Below are positions 46,601 through 61,200 of a DNA stretch of 64,000 bases, piece by piece. The stretch spans positions 1 to 64,000 of the forward strand of contig NIVC01001209.1 in NCBI GenBank assembly GCA_002269645.1, read 5' to 3'. Positions within the stretch are counted from its first letter, which is position 1; each line of letters starts with the position of its first letter. Both the position numbers and the translations under genes were made by a program. The notes beneath the pieces are model-generated. The model made no database searches. It was not told the origin of the DNA and saw only the letters and a list, made by a program, of their open reading frames with translations. Origin of the DNA: Macrostomum lignano. Its lineage: Eukaryota.

Positions 46601-48480
46601 AAATGTCAAGTTTTTTCTTGTCTTGCCTGAAGACAACTATTCTCCTTATTTTTTATTTCCAAATCTTTCTAATGACAGTGAAGGTGCCCAACTGGTCTGC
46701 TGATCATGCCATTAACTCTCTAAATTATTCAATGCAGGACCATATCCTCCGAGTTCTCTGGATTGCATCAAAGGCCATTTAGAGCTTCTGCGATGGCGTC
46801 TGAAAGTGCAAGAGCTCCAGACCAACATTTGTGGAGTGTCAGTGGGGGAAGCAATTGCGACAATGAAGCGCCTCTGCCGCCACCTGTGATGACAAACCAT
46901 GTGCTGACTCTGGCTGTAAGTTCGCTGACTGATAATGCAGCCGTTTGGTTCACAACATTTATCTAGCTAGCTAGCTTTTTGCATTCATGTGTTGTTCATC
47001 AATCATATTATTGTATTATTCTGCATTTGTTTTCTGTATTTTATTATTTGTTTTCGGCACTCATTTTCTGCATATATTGCATTATTATTATGCTCTTTCT
47101 TGATGTTTCCTTGCATCCACGTGTAATACAATTACTCTCTTGACGTGTTGTGCAGAAATTGCTTACTGTAATCTTTATAATTGCATAATATACAATGCAT
47201 TGAGTAAATTAAATAGCCAATCATTATTGTGCTTCACTCTTCAAGCAGAATAATATTTTAAATAATGTATTATTTTGCTAAGCACTTTGAAAACCGATTT
47301 GTTTATTTTTTACGCAAGCTAGCCGATGCAAAAGCAAATTCTGAAAAATACAACCTAATCGTAATTTAGTCGGATATTAGCGTCACATTCCGATCGGAAA
47401 ACTCCGACTAGAAAACGACCGGATTGCACGAGCCACTTTGCTGACAAATTCCGACCGGACATTCCGATCGGATTCCGACTACCCTTTTTTACTGGGAGCT
47501 TACCCGCCTGGTCCAGCTTGCCGAACTCTTACCTGACCAGCTTGGCCCAGCGGGTTTCTGCCAACCTTGCTGACCACCTGGAGGCCACTCTTGCGATCTG
47601 TACATACACTGCTTTCATCCAACTAATACCGCGTTTCTGTCAGCCGTCTCGTCGCATCCCATATAGCGTGAGCTCCGCTTGCGTCGACAATGCGTCCTGC
47701 CTCCCGACACTCTACTAGACGCGTCTCCAGGTTCCGCTCTCCATGTCGCCACTCATGACAACCATTCTGCCACCTCCGGCTCCAATATAGTTGTTCACTG
47801 AACCGTCCGTAAAAAGGACATCCGCACCTTCGCTGGCTTCCTCGCTACAGCGGTGACTAGTTTTCTGCAATCCTCTTCCTCGCGGCCGGTGGGAACCTTC
47901 TGCTTGGATGGACACACCCCTCCACGTCGTTCCTGGTCTTTCTTTTTCACGTCCTCGAACCTTGGTATATCCAGCTGCCACTGATTCTCAGCAGCCCCCA
48001 AAGCCCTCCCGGTTCCAGCACGTGCCTATTCAGGCTTCCGTTCCCCTCTGTCTTCCGCCAATCTTCTGATCGAGCCATCTCTCACCTGAGCATTCTATCC
48101 AGCCTCTGGACAGCTCTCCAGCTTGCCAACACACAGAGCTCCTCAGTGCCGCTCTCTTCCCTGACTCCCTCGATCAATCGGTATATCGTGCCATCAGGCC
48201 TTCATACTCTCGTAGCTTTTCTCTGGAGCACTTCCATCTTAGCCCAGCTCTTCTCTCCAAGCCACGGCATCCAGGCAGTCGATCCATACATAATTTTACT
48301 TTCGACAATCGTCTCTCACGTTTGCCTAAGAAGCTTGTTTTGCCAGCCCGTCGCTGCCCGACAGATTCCTGAGCAGCTGGACGCGTCCCCTTACAGGCCT
48401 TGCAGATCTCTTGCACGTGCTTAACGAAACTCAGCTTGCTATCTCAGCCTAGGCTCAGCCTTGCCATTCCCTATCAATTC
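43700..48480 (-). mobile_element. 5'-truncated non-LTR retrotransposon with RNase H and C-terminal CCHC (I/Loa/R1-like), interrupted by a DNA transposon
   Basis: KLSFVKHVQEIC near 48430; FTDGSV near 47800; WIPSHCGIGGNEEA near 44250; CRCCG..ETMQHVWDCP; CAA/CAG tail at 43700-43740; stops and frameshifts in the 5' part. Confidence 0.75.
44283..47496. mobile_element. CACTA/EnSpm-like non-autonomous DNA transposon, 3214 bp
   Basis: Perfect 25-bp TIR CCCAGTAAAAAAGGGTAGTCGGAAT; 2-bp TSD AG; many TCGGAA/TTCCGA subterminal motifs at both ends; AT-rich interior with no transposase ORF. The superfamily call rests on CCC termini plus a 2-bp TSD. Confidence 0.8.
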
Positions 48481-49238
48481 CCATATGTGAGCCCTGAAGC
48501 GGCTTGCGAGTGGAAGCTTGAAAAGCAGCAAGAGAGCAAAAGATCTTGTGTATATTTGTTTAAGCATTGTCTTTATACTTGAGAGAATAGGGAGGTGTGA
48601 GTCAGAGCGAGCTGGCTGGCTGGGCAAAACTCCCCAGCAGCCAGGCGTGCAGGGGCCTGTGCACAGGGGGCCCCGCGCTCTCAACCGTGCACCAGTCTGG
48701 CCGCCACAGCCCTTTGATCGACATCTCAGCAATTCCCAATAATATGATAACCTTGACATCTCAGAAATTCCCCCGTCAGCCTTGACATCTCAGCAACTCC
48801 CCCCGTAAGCCTTGACATCTCATAAATTCCAATGTAAGCTTTGAAATCATATGCATATAAGCAATAACGAATAATGACAAGTAATTTGAGTTACATGTAT
48901 GTTGACTTTGTGAACAGCATTATTATAACAAAAAAGTGTCATATTTTTATTTATGATACTGAAAACTAATATTTACATTTGTGACTTCGTTGAATCAAAG
49001 TTTTAGAAAATTTTTTTGCTTGATGCTTTAATTTCGTTTTGTGTTAATTTTTGTGACTCAACTCAGGTATTAATTTGCAATTTGCCGAGCTAGGCTTTTG
49101 TAACCTGAGTTTTCTGTGTAATAGACTACTACCTAAATTTAAAACTCATCTTTTATTTGCACCGATTTTGCATTAAACAGTCAAAAGAGCAAAATAAAAG
49201 GTTAACGCTTCAAGCGCTTTCTGTGAAATTATTTAAAA

Positions 49239-52200
49239 ATGGCTAGCTATCTTGCTATTCCTGTTAAAAAGGCAGGCGAGGTCGACTTCCGAAAACCTTT
49301 TAAAACATTTATTGAACAGACATATTCGAGCCAACAATATGAGGCATTAAAATCTTCTATCGAGGATTTTCAAAACCTGCGTTCTAAGGTGGTCGCTAAA
49401 CTTAGTGATCGGCATGAGTCTACACTGGATGTACTGCTCAAGTAAGTTATTTTATTCATTGTAATTAAAACAATTTGGATTAGGTCTAAAGTCTTCTAAG
49501 CGTTGTAGATGCTTTTCATTTGTTTTCTTTTGACTTAAGGGCAGGATGCTACAAACAAATTTTATAGGGCCTAATAAGTACATATATCCAGTATATAATG
49601 AAATACAGGTTTCACAATTTTAGGTCTATTGCATGCTTTTGTTAGTTAAAATGTTAAATTGTTAAATTGTTAGTTAAATTGTTTGTTTGTTAATTTGTTT
49701 TTTTGTGGTTTGTTTTAGGCTTGGGCCTAGGGGCCTATTCTATATATAAAACAAGGCCAGATATTCAGATAAGGTTCTATAGGGTTCTGGCCAAAGTCGT
49801 CATATTCAAGATCATCATCTGCGGCTTACGAGAAAATCAACTAAATTATCTAAATCGTCATCATCTCAGTATTGGACAATGCTGCATTCACTAAATTGTC
49901 ATATTGTGTTGCATTGGCTGCGCAAGGATCTTAGCTCATGACGGCAGCATGTTCTTGTTTGCCAACAAGTTAAAACAATTTAGTGTATTCTCAGTAGTCA
50001 TGTGTGGCAGTCGGGTGCCACTTAATTGATAGGCCTATTGGAACTAATAACCATTACTTTAATAACTCATTTAAAAGGAAAACTGGTACAAACGTTTAAT
50101 TTTTGTCCGCTCATTGTTCAATTTTTGTCATATTTCCATTGACTGGAGGTTCCAGAAATTGTTCTGTTCTTCTTTTGGTTGGAAAAGTAGGTCTTGGTCA
50201 AATCTTGGTCAAAACTTTTGTTTTAATTTTGTTGCTTGCATGTTTGTGAGCCGTTCCATCGGTAGTCTCCACGCATGGGATTTTTGGTCCAGTAGTGTGT
50301 CCAGCAGTGCACCCCCACCCGTTGATTGTAACCTCCTTTTTTTAATATTTATACTGCCTTGATGTGCCGCCTAATTTTCAACCCCCTTTTCCTTTTTCTT
50401 TTTCTTGTCTTTTTCCTTTTGCATTCAACAGTTTAGTTCAAATTTATTTATTAGTTTTGCGCACTTTAGACCTGTTAGTTTTATTTTATAGTTTTATTAG
50501 ATTTATTAGACTTGAGAACCTGGTTGTTGGAGTAAGCAGGAGAAAGAAAATTTTGTTGTGATTCGTCTGCACAATTTCTCCGGATAAATTCACACAAACG
50601 CAACGCCGACCTTGATTGCTGATGCAGCAATCAGGCGTGAATTAGCATTAATTGACACAGTTAATATAAAAATTACGGGTGCATATGCAAGGGATTTTTG
50701 CCTGAAGGTAGAAAAATCCAAAATTAATACACCTTTGCCTTTGGTCAAAGTGGTCATATTTAAATGTTTAAGTCTTCGAGATTTGTTCAAGTCGTCATCA
50801 TCATATGACGATTTTAAATATGACGATTTCGGCTGCACCCTTCCGTAGTATAGAACAAAAAGACAGGTATATGACAAATATTTTCATGTATACCCCATAG
50901 TCCAGATCATGTTAGGTGCATACCCAAACAAAAATTGGATAGGCCCTAATCACAAATACACACTAAAAAATTGCGGAGTACTTATAGGCATGGTGGTTGT
51001 GTCTATAATATTTGAGCTAATAGACACAGCTATAATCATCAATATAAAATGTGTGTTCTGTAGAAATGCAAAAATATAAAATGCATTCTCACAATCAAAT
51101 GGTGGCTTAATGGATAAGACAATTGCCTCAAGATTGCAAGCAAGGTTCAAATCCCAAGTGGTCAGAGTTTTTAATTTGAATTTTTTAGCAAACAGGAATT
51201 TTTGTCTTGAACTTTTAAAGTTTTTTAATTAAAATAAAATAATTAATTAATTAAATTAAATTGAATTTTTTAATAAGATTAACATTGAATCTTAAAGTGC
51301 GGCCAATATGTACCATAGTCTGGATCATGCTGGACTTATGCCGGAGGAAAAATCCAACAACATTTTTTGGCACTTACGCTAGACTTACACCAACCAAAAA
51401 AGGTCCCTCCCAATTCTTGTGAATAGAATAGAATAGAATAGATGATTTACAATTAATCGGTGATTAATTAAATTCAGAAGTTGCAACTGTTTAAAAATCT
51501 CTTAAGTTGCAAATTCTGAATCAAGAATCAAAGTAAGCATCTTGAAGCTAAAAAAACATTTGCTATCCTACAATAGATATTCTGCTATCTCATTTATATG
51601 AACTGCAATATTTTAATGAACTTTGTTTTAATGCTACTTTTTAATATCATAATTAACGCAAATGTGTAATATTCTATAGTGATATATTTGATCGTGAATG
51701 ATCTCATTTGTGCCAATATTTACGCCACTTGATTTATGCCATGTACTTACGCTAAGCACTTACGCCAAGGCACATTTTGGCCTATACTTACGCCAAGCAC
51801 TTACACCAGCCTCCGATCCCAAACCAGATTTACGCCAGAGATCTCCGGCGTAAACGACATGATTTGGACTATGGAATATGTATTGAAAAAAAAATTTTTA
51901 GTAGCTACGTATAAATTATATATAATTGCAGCCACAATCTAAAATGATTTCATGTTACTCTTAAAAATTAAAAGTCAAATACAAAACTCCAACTTTTCAA
52001 TTGATCAATCTTTTCATCTGATCAATGATTATATACATTGCATGGCAGCTGTGCCTATAAGCTCCAATATTAGAGACACGGCCACATACCATGTCTCTAA
52101 GTGTGAACCCATTCAATATTAATGATACAGCTACCATGCAAGTTTCATTGACATGGTGGCCATGTCTCTAATAGTGACTAGGTCTATACTTACAGACATG

Positions 52201-55200
52201 GCAGCTGTGTCTATAATGCAAAGTGGCAAAAAAATTGAGTGCATGCCCATTCTCAAAACTACGCTAGTATTGCAACAATAAATGACCTTTTTATATTAGG
52301 ATAACAATAAATGACTTTTTTGAATTGTTTCTATTTCACAATAACTCTTCTGCATAATTCTATAAAGTGTACACTAGGTGCATGCATACTATTTTCTTAG
52401 GAGTCCTGCATGCCACTGTGTATGCTTAGTTCTGGCTTGCAAGGCCAATGCATGCCCAAATTTTTGGGTATATACTATATGATCTGGAGTATGGCATATA
52501 CCAAGGCTAGCCATTGTACACATTGTACATCATTAATTTTTGCCATGGCCCTTTGTTGTACATGTTGTACCATTATAAATTAAATGGATTTACAAGTTCA
52601 CAATCGGACTTTGATTTATTTAGTGGTTACATTATTATCATTTACATTAATTGTAGATTTGTTAAAATATTTTCTATGGTATGCTATATGGTACATTAGA
52701 ATGCTCATTAAAAGCAAAGTTTACAATAGTTTAGGTGCAATCTCATAAATTATTTTTCATTTTAAGTCCCATTTGCATTGCTTTAAAATAAGAAAAAAAG
52801 ACATTACATTCAGCCTTAAAATTACAAATTGAAATTGGACATTAGGTTCAATTTTGCACTTTGTCTGTAGTAAAAAAATATCAAACATAGGTTATAATAT
52901 ATCTATTGGGCATATACCAATGGACTTAGGATGGGAAATTGTTGATATTTATTTTATAGTAGGTCCAAAAGAAATACCATGTGTATTTTAATACCATTAC
53001 AATATTTTCACTTCAAAAATAAAAACTATCATCATGAAACTTTACATTTTTGCCAATTTAGGCATTTTAGGCCTAGAAAAATTCCTATATAATATAATGC
53101 ATAGCTTTGATAATGGTGACATGCCAAAAAAATTAGTAAAAAAACTATGCCAACTCCGTGATACATGTGTAATAGGCCTTATTTTTATGCCATTAGTTTC
53201 TAGGAAATGTGTATTTCAAAAGTACTACTATTGTTATACTGTACAAATATTATAAATATTTTCTATAAGCAATATATTCTGTATATTTTAAATATTATCA
53301 TTTGTTATAAACTGTATCAAAAAACTACTATAAAAAGGAGTCTACTGGAGGCCAAGAAAAAAAATGTTTTAGTTTACCTTGTTCTGTCTCCTCGCTCTAA
53401 GCTTGAACTCCTTCAACTACAGAAATGAAATCAGTCAAGCTCAAGAGTTGTTCTAGTGTTACTCATTTATAGGTAGTAGATAGTGACTTAGGAACATACA
53501 TGCACAACCTCCAAAATTCAGTCGGCCATGCGACTTAGTTTTAACAAAAATGCGACATAGTTTTTGGCCAAAAATGCGACTTACATGTAAAAAACCTACT
53601 TTAGGTAATTAACGCAACTTTGGGTAAATGGCAGGAGTAACTATAACTCTTATTAAGCCAAAATGCCTCGTCAGCTACTTAGTACTACTACTCTGGTGTT
53701 TTTTGGGTGGGCATTTTTGTGACTTCCTTGGTTGGCCGCCAAATCGGTCGGCCACATTGGCCGACTCGGCTGACTGTTGCGCATGTATGCTTAGGAATAA
53801 CCCCAAGATTGGGAGAGTTCAAACCATTCTCAAAAGAATGAGATATCCAGATTCAGAATCTGAGAATTTGCCTTTAAAAGGCAGAAATCCCTACCACAGG
53901 GTAGAGAAATCCAGACTCAGAGTCTAAGAAACCATCTCAGGGCCAAATACCCAGCAAGAAAGCTGTGACCCTCTGATCCCAGTAAGGCCTGGACTGAGAA
54001 AAACCCTCCTAGAGGAGAAAACTGAAAGATATATAGAATTAGAAATATAGTGCCATTAGACTACACAGGCTAAAAGTACATACACTACCCATAAAAGTAC
54101 ATACACTACTAGTAAATTTACAAGTATAGGAAATAACCAATAAAATCAAGTAGTAAGAAATAACCCCTGTTACAACTTTGGTGGCTAACCAGTAAGATTT
54201 CATATTGTACAGGAACACCGCTAGCACAACTTTGGTGGCATTAGTGGAATAGCTAAAAGAGGGAAGCAAACCCCATGTAGCACACATGCTATGCATGTGG
54301 TATTAGTGAACCTTGTTGCACATAAGAAATTTCCTCAAAAATAGTATCTTCAAGCCTATAACATATTAATATTTTAATTGCTGCCGCCACCGCTGTTACC
54401 CGAAGAAACAGAGTGAGTCGCGTGTCTTAATTTAAAGAAATTATCAAATATACAAATAGTAAGTATGTCAAAGCCTTTGTTTAGTAATTTTTTTGTTATA
54501 TTAAGGCCTAAGTTTCCTTAGTTTAAATTTCTTGATTTTTTATAAATATGTATGAAATTAGACTAACAATAATATTATTATTTTGTAAATCCAATTTACA
54601 GTATAGGCAACATATTCTAAGTTTCATTTTTTATATAATACAACATTAAAAGCCTATTTATTGCATAGGAAGATTCTGCATTGATGAGCTGTAGATAATC
54701 AGCCATATGCAGAAAGCTTAGTCCAGACTAGCTAGTCTGGACTTGGGTAGTTCAGTCTATAGTAGACCAGTCTAACTTTGTGTTTCTGCATACCAAATCC
54801 AAGTCCAAAAAATCCAAGAATTTTCAAATAGCTTTATTGATTTTTCCACAAATCTGAATTTCAGATACCATGATCAACTTTGTGCTATTGAAAGCAAGTT
54901 GCCAATTTCTGAGAATTCAGTAAGTTTTGCACTTATTGCTTGAAATTGGCCTGTTCTGTGTGATATATTTATATTGTTCCTTTTTCAATTATTGCAGATC
55001 CGCATTGACTTCAAGTATCATGACGCGTTTGAGAAAGAGAGCCTCTTTAGTGGAAAAAATGCTTTAAGTAAGTGCTCAAGTCTAGACTTCTAATTAGCTG
55101 GCGAGGCTATAAATTTACTCGTGCCGTTTACCCGCAGAGATCAGCTCTGGCGCATTCGAGAAGATGTGCGTCCTATTCAACATAGCTGCACTGCAGACTC

Positions 55201-58200
55201 AGGTGGCCGGTCAGCAGAACTCGGACGATGCCGGTCTGCAAGCCTGCGCAAAATTTTTTCGCCAAGCCGCTGGCGCATTGGGCTACGTCAAGGACAATGC
55301 AACAGTTCTGTGCGGCCGAGAACTCAGCTCGGACATGAGCTCGGACGCCCTGTCCGCAATGATATCGCTGTGCTTGGCCCAGGCGCAGGAGACTGTGTAC
55401 AGGAAGGCGGCTAAGGATCGAATGAAATCGGCTATGGTGGCCAAGATTGCTATGTACGCTGCCGATCTGTACTCGGATACGCTGCGCTGTATGCAATTGT
55501 CAAGCGTGAAGTCTATGTGGCCGAAGGATTGGCTCAATGTTGTCGCCGCTAAACAGGTTGGTTGCTTTTGTAGAAATCGTAAAAGTTTTTTTTAAATGAT
55601 TTTTTACTTTTTTTCATAAATTCGTTTGATATTCGGCTGCAAGGCATTCTTGAAAAAATTATCTCAACTATACTACATTTTTTAAGAAGCAGATTACAAG
55701 AATCACTCCTGAACAGACTATTTGAGAATGGCCCCTGAACAGACTATTTGAGAATGGCCCCTGAACAGACTATTTGAGAATGGCCCCTGAACAGACTATT
55801 TGAGAATGGCCCCTGAACAGACTATTTGAGAATGGCCCTGAACAGACTATTTGAGAATGGCCCCTGAACAGACTATTTGAGAATGGCCCCTGAACAGACT
55901 ATTTGAGAATGGCCCCTGAACAGACTATTTGAGAATGGCCCCTGAACAGACTATTTGAGAATGGCCCCTGAACAGACTATTTGAGAATGGCCCCTGAACA
56001 GACTATTTGAGAATGGCCCCTGAACAGACTATTTGAGAATGGCCCCTGAACAGACTATTTGAGAATGGCCCCTGAACAGACTATTTGAGAATGGCCCCTG
56101 AACAGACTATTTGAGAATGGCCCCTGAACAGACTATTTAAGAATGGCCCCTGAACAGACTATTTGAGAATGGCCCCTGAACAGACTATTTGAGAATGGCC
56201 CCTGAACAGACTATTTAAGAATGGCCCCTGAACAGACTATTTGAGAATGGCCCCTGAACAGACTATTTAAGAATGGTCCCTGAACAGACTATTTGAGAAT
56301 GGTCCCTGAACAGACTATTTGAGAATGGTCCCTGAACAGACTATTTAAGAATGGTCCCTGAACAGACTATTTGAGAATGGCCCCTGAACAGTCTATTTGA
56401 GAATGGCCCCTGAACAGACTATTTAAGAATGGTCCCTGAACAGACTATTTAAGAATGGCCCCTGAACAGACTATTTAAGAATGGCCCCTGAACAGACTAT
56501 TTAAGAATGGCCCCTGAACAGACTATTTGAGAATGGCCCCTGAACAGACTATTTGAGAATGGCCCCTGAACAGACTATTTGAGAATGGCCCCTGAACAGA
56601 CTATTTGAGAATGGCCCCTGAACAGACTATTTGAGAATGGCCCCTGAACAGACTATTTGAGAATGGCCCCTGAACAGACTATTTGAGAATGGCCCCTGAA
56701 CAGACTATTTGAGAATGGCCCCTGAACAGACTATTTAAGAATGGCCCCTGAACAGACTTTGAGAATGGTCCCTGAACAGACTATTTAAGAATTCTGAGAA
56801 TGGTCCCTGAACAGACTATTTGAGAATGGTCCCTGAACAGACTATTTGAGAATGGCCCCTGAACAGACTATTTTAGAATGGCCCCTGAACAGACTATTTA
56901 AGAATGGCCCCTGAACAGACTATTTAAGAATGGCCCCTGAACAGACTATTTAAGAATTCTGAGAATGGTCCCTGAACAGACTATTTGAGAATGGCCCCTG
57001 AACAGACTATTTGAGAATGGCCCCTGAACAGACTATTTGAGAATGGCCCCTGAACAGACTATTTGAGAATGGTCCCTGAACAGACTATTTGAGAATGGCC
57101 CCTGAACAGACTATTTAAGAATGGCCCCTGAACAGACTTTGAGAATGGTCCCTGAACAGACTATTTAAGAATTCTGAGAATGGTCCCTGAACAGACTATT
57201 TGAGAATGGTCCCTGAACAGACTATTTGAGAATGGCCCCTGAACAGACTATTTTAGAATGGCCCCTGAACAGACTATTTAAGAATGGCCCCTGAACAGAC
57301 TATTTAAGAATGGCCCCTGAACAGACTATTTAAGAATTCTGAGAATGGTCCCTGAACAGACTATTTAGGAATTCTGAGAATGGTCCCTGAACAGACTATT
57401 TGAGAATGGCCCCTGAACAGACTATTTGAGAATGGCCCCTGAACAGACTATTTGAGAATGGCCCCTGAACAGACTATTTGAGAATGGCCCCTGAACAGAC
57501 TATTTGAGAATGGCCCCTGAACAGACTATTTAAGAATGGCCCCTGAACAGACTTTGAGAATGGTCCCTGAACAGACTATTTAAGAATTCTGAGAATGGTC
57601 CCTGAACAGACTATTTGAGAATGGTCCCTGAACAGACTATTTGAGAATGGCCCCTGAACAGACTATTTTAGAATGGCCCCTGAACAGACTATTTAAGAAT
57701 GGCCCCTGAACAGACTATTTAAGAATGGCCCCTGAACAGACTATTTAAGAATTCTGAGAATGGTCCCTGAACAGACTATTTGAGAATGGCCCCTGAACAG
57801 ACTATTTGAGAATGGCCCCTGAACAGACTATTTGAGAATGGCCCCTGAACAGACTATTTGAGAATGGTCCCTGAACAGACTATTTGAGAATGGCCCCTGA
57901 ACAGACTATTTAAGAATGGCCCCTGAACAGACTTTGAGAATGGTCCCTGAACAGACTATTTAAGAATTCTGAGAATGGTCCCTGAACAGACTATTTGAGA
58001 ATGGTCCCTGAACAGACTATTTGAGAATGGCCCCTGAACAGACTATTTTAGAATGGCCCCTGAACAGACTATTTAAGAATTCTGAGAATGGTCCCTGAAC
58101 AGACTATTTAAGAATTCTGAGAATGGTCCCTGAACAGACTATTTGAGAATGGCCCCTGAACAGACTATTTGAGAATGGCCCCTGAACAGACTATTTGAGA

Positions 58201-61200
58201 ATGGTCCCTGAACAGACTATTTGAGAATGGCCCCTGAACAGACTATTTTAGAATGGCCCCTGAACAGACTATTTAAGAATGGCCCCTGAACAGACTATTT
58301 AAGAATGGCCCCTGAACAGACTATTTAAGAATTCTGAGAATGGTCCCTGAACAGACTATTTGAGAATGGCCCCTGAACAGACTATTTGAGAATGGCCCCT
58401 GAACAGACTATTTGAGAATGGCCCCTGAACAGACTATTTGAGAATGGTCCCTGAACAGACTATTTGAGAATGGCCCCTGAACAGACTATTTAAGAATGGC
58501 CCCTGAACAGACTTTGAGAATGGTCCCTGAACAGACTATTTAAGAATTCTGAGAATGGTCCCTGAACAGACTATTTGAGAATGGTCCCTGAACAGACTAT
58601 TTGAGAATGGCCCCTGAACAGACTATTTTAGAATGGCCCCTGAACAGACTATTTAAGAATTCTGAGAATGGTCCCTGAACAGACTATTTAAGAATTCTGA
58701 GAATGGTCCCTGAACAGACTATTTGAGAATGGCCCCTGAACAGACTATTTGAGAATGGCCCCTGAACAGACTATTTGAGAATGGCCCTGAACAGACTATT
58801 TGAGAATGGCCCTGAACAGACTATTTGAGAATGGCCCCTGAACAGACTATTTAAGAATGGCCCCTGAACAGACTTTGAGAATGGTCCCTGAACAGACTAT
58901 TTAAGAATTCTGAGAATGGTCCCTGAACAGACTATTTGAGAATGGTCCCTGAACAGACTATTTGAGAATGGCCCCTGAACAGACTATTTTAGAATGGCCC
59001 CTGAACAGACTATTTAAGAATTCTGAGAATGGTCCCTGAACAGACTATTTAAGAATTCTGAGAATGGTCCCTGAACAGACTATTTGAGAATGGCCCCTGA
59101 ACAGACTATTTGAGAATGGCCCCTGAACAGACTATTTGAGAATGGCCCCTGAACAGACTATTTAAGAATGGCCCCTGAACAGACTTTGAGAATGGTCCCT
59201 GAACAGACTATTTAAGAATTCTGAGAATGGTCCCTGAACAGACTATTTGAGAATGGTCCCTGAACAGACTATTTGAGAATGGCCCCTGAACAGACTATTT
59301 TAGAATGGCCCCTGAACAGACTATTTAAGAATGGCCCCTGAACAGACTATTTAAGAATGGCCCCTGAACAGACTATTTAAGAATTCTGAGAATGGTCCCT
59401 GAACAGACTATTTGAGAATGGCCCCTGAACAGACTATTTGAGAATGGCCCCTGAACAGACTATTTGAGAATGGCCCCTGAACAGACTATTTGAGAATGGT
59501 CCCTGAACAGACTATTTGAGAATGGCCCCTGAACAGACTATTTAAGAATGGCCCCTGAACAGACTTTGAGAATGGTCCCTGAACAGACTATTTAAGAATT
59601 CTGAGAATGGTCCCTGAACAGACTATTTGAGAATGGTCCCTGAACAGACTATTTGAGAATGGCCCCTGAACAGACTATTTTAGAATGGCCCCTGAACAGA
59701 CTATTTAAGAATTCTGAGAATGGTCCCTGAACAGACTATTTAAGAATTCTGAGAATGGTCCCTGAACAGACTATTTGAGAATGGCCCCTGAACAGACTAT
59801 TTGAGAATGGCCCCTGAACAGACTATTTGAGAATGGTCCCTGAACAGACTATTTGAGAATGGCCCCTGAACAGACTATTTTAGAATGGCCCCTGAACAGA
59901 CTATTTAAGAATGGCCCCTGAACAGACTATTTAAGAATGGCCCCTGAACAGACTATTTAAGAATTCTGAGAATGGTCCCTGAACAGACTATTTGAGAATG
60001 GCCCCTGAACAGACTATTTGAGAATGGCCCCTGAACAGACTATTTGAGAATGGCCCCTGAACAGACTATTTGAGAATGGTCCCTGAACAGACTATTTGAG
60101 AATGGCCCCTGAACAGACTATTTAAGAATGGCCCCTGAACAGACTTTGAGAATGGTCCCTGAACAGACTATTTAAGAATTCTGAGAATGGTCCCTGAACA
60201 GACTATTTGAGAATGGTCCCTGAACAGACTATTTGAGAATGGCCCCTGAACAGACTATTTTAGAATGGCCCCTGAACAGACTATTTAAGAATTCTGAGAA
60301 TGGTCCCTGAACAGACTATTTAAGAATTCTGAGAATGGTCCCTGAACAGACTATTTGAGAATGGCCCCTGAACAGACTATTTGAGAATGGCCCCTGAACA
60401 GACTATTTGAGAATGGCCCCTGAACAGACTATTTGAGAATGGCCCCTGAACAGACTATTTGAGAATGGCCCCTGAACAGACTATTTAAGAATGGCCCCTG
60501 AACAGACTTTGAGAATGGTCCCTGAACAGACTATTTAAGAATTCTGAGAATGGTCCCTGAACAGACTATTTGAGAATGGTCCCTGAACAGACTATTTGAG
60601 AATGGCCCCTGAACAGACTATTTTAGAATGGCCCCTGAACAGACTATTTAAGAATTCTGAGAATGGTCCCTGAACAGACTATTTAAGAATTCTGAGAATG
60701 GTCCCTGAACAGACTATTTGAGAATGGCCCCTGAACAGACTATTTGAGAATGGCCCCTGAACAGACTATTTGAGAATGGCCCCTGAACAGACTATTTAAG
60801 AATGGCCCCTGAACAGACTTTGAGAATGGTCCCTGAACAGACTATTTAAGAATTCTGAGAATGGTCCCTGAACAGACTATTTGAGAATGGTCCCTGAACA
60901 GACTATTTGAGAATGGCCCCTGAACAGACTATTTTAGAATGGCCCCTGAACAGACTATTTAAGAATGGCCCCTGAACAGACTATTTAAGAATGGCCCCTG
61001 AACAGACTATTTAAGAATTCTGAGAATGGTCCCTGAACAGACTATTTGAGAATGGCCCCTGAACAGACTATTTGAGAATGGCCCCTGAACAGACTATTTG
61101 AGAATGGCCCCTGAACAGACTATTTGAGAATGGTCCCTGAACAGACTATTTGAGAATGGCCCCTGAACAGACTATTTAAGAATGGCCCCTGAACAGACTT

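Noticed and set aside
50590-53927. Short ORFs in ALIX intron 1 as a nested gene
   Set aside because: AT-rich and hydrophobic-biased, with no motifs and no consistent exon chain
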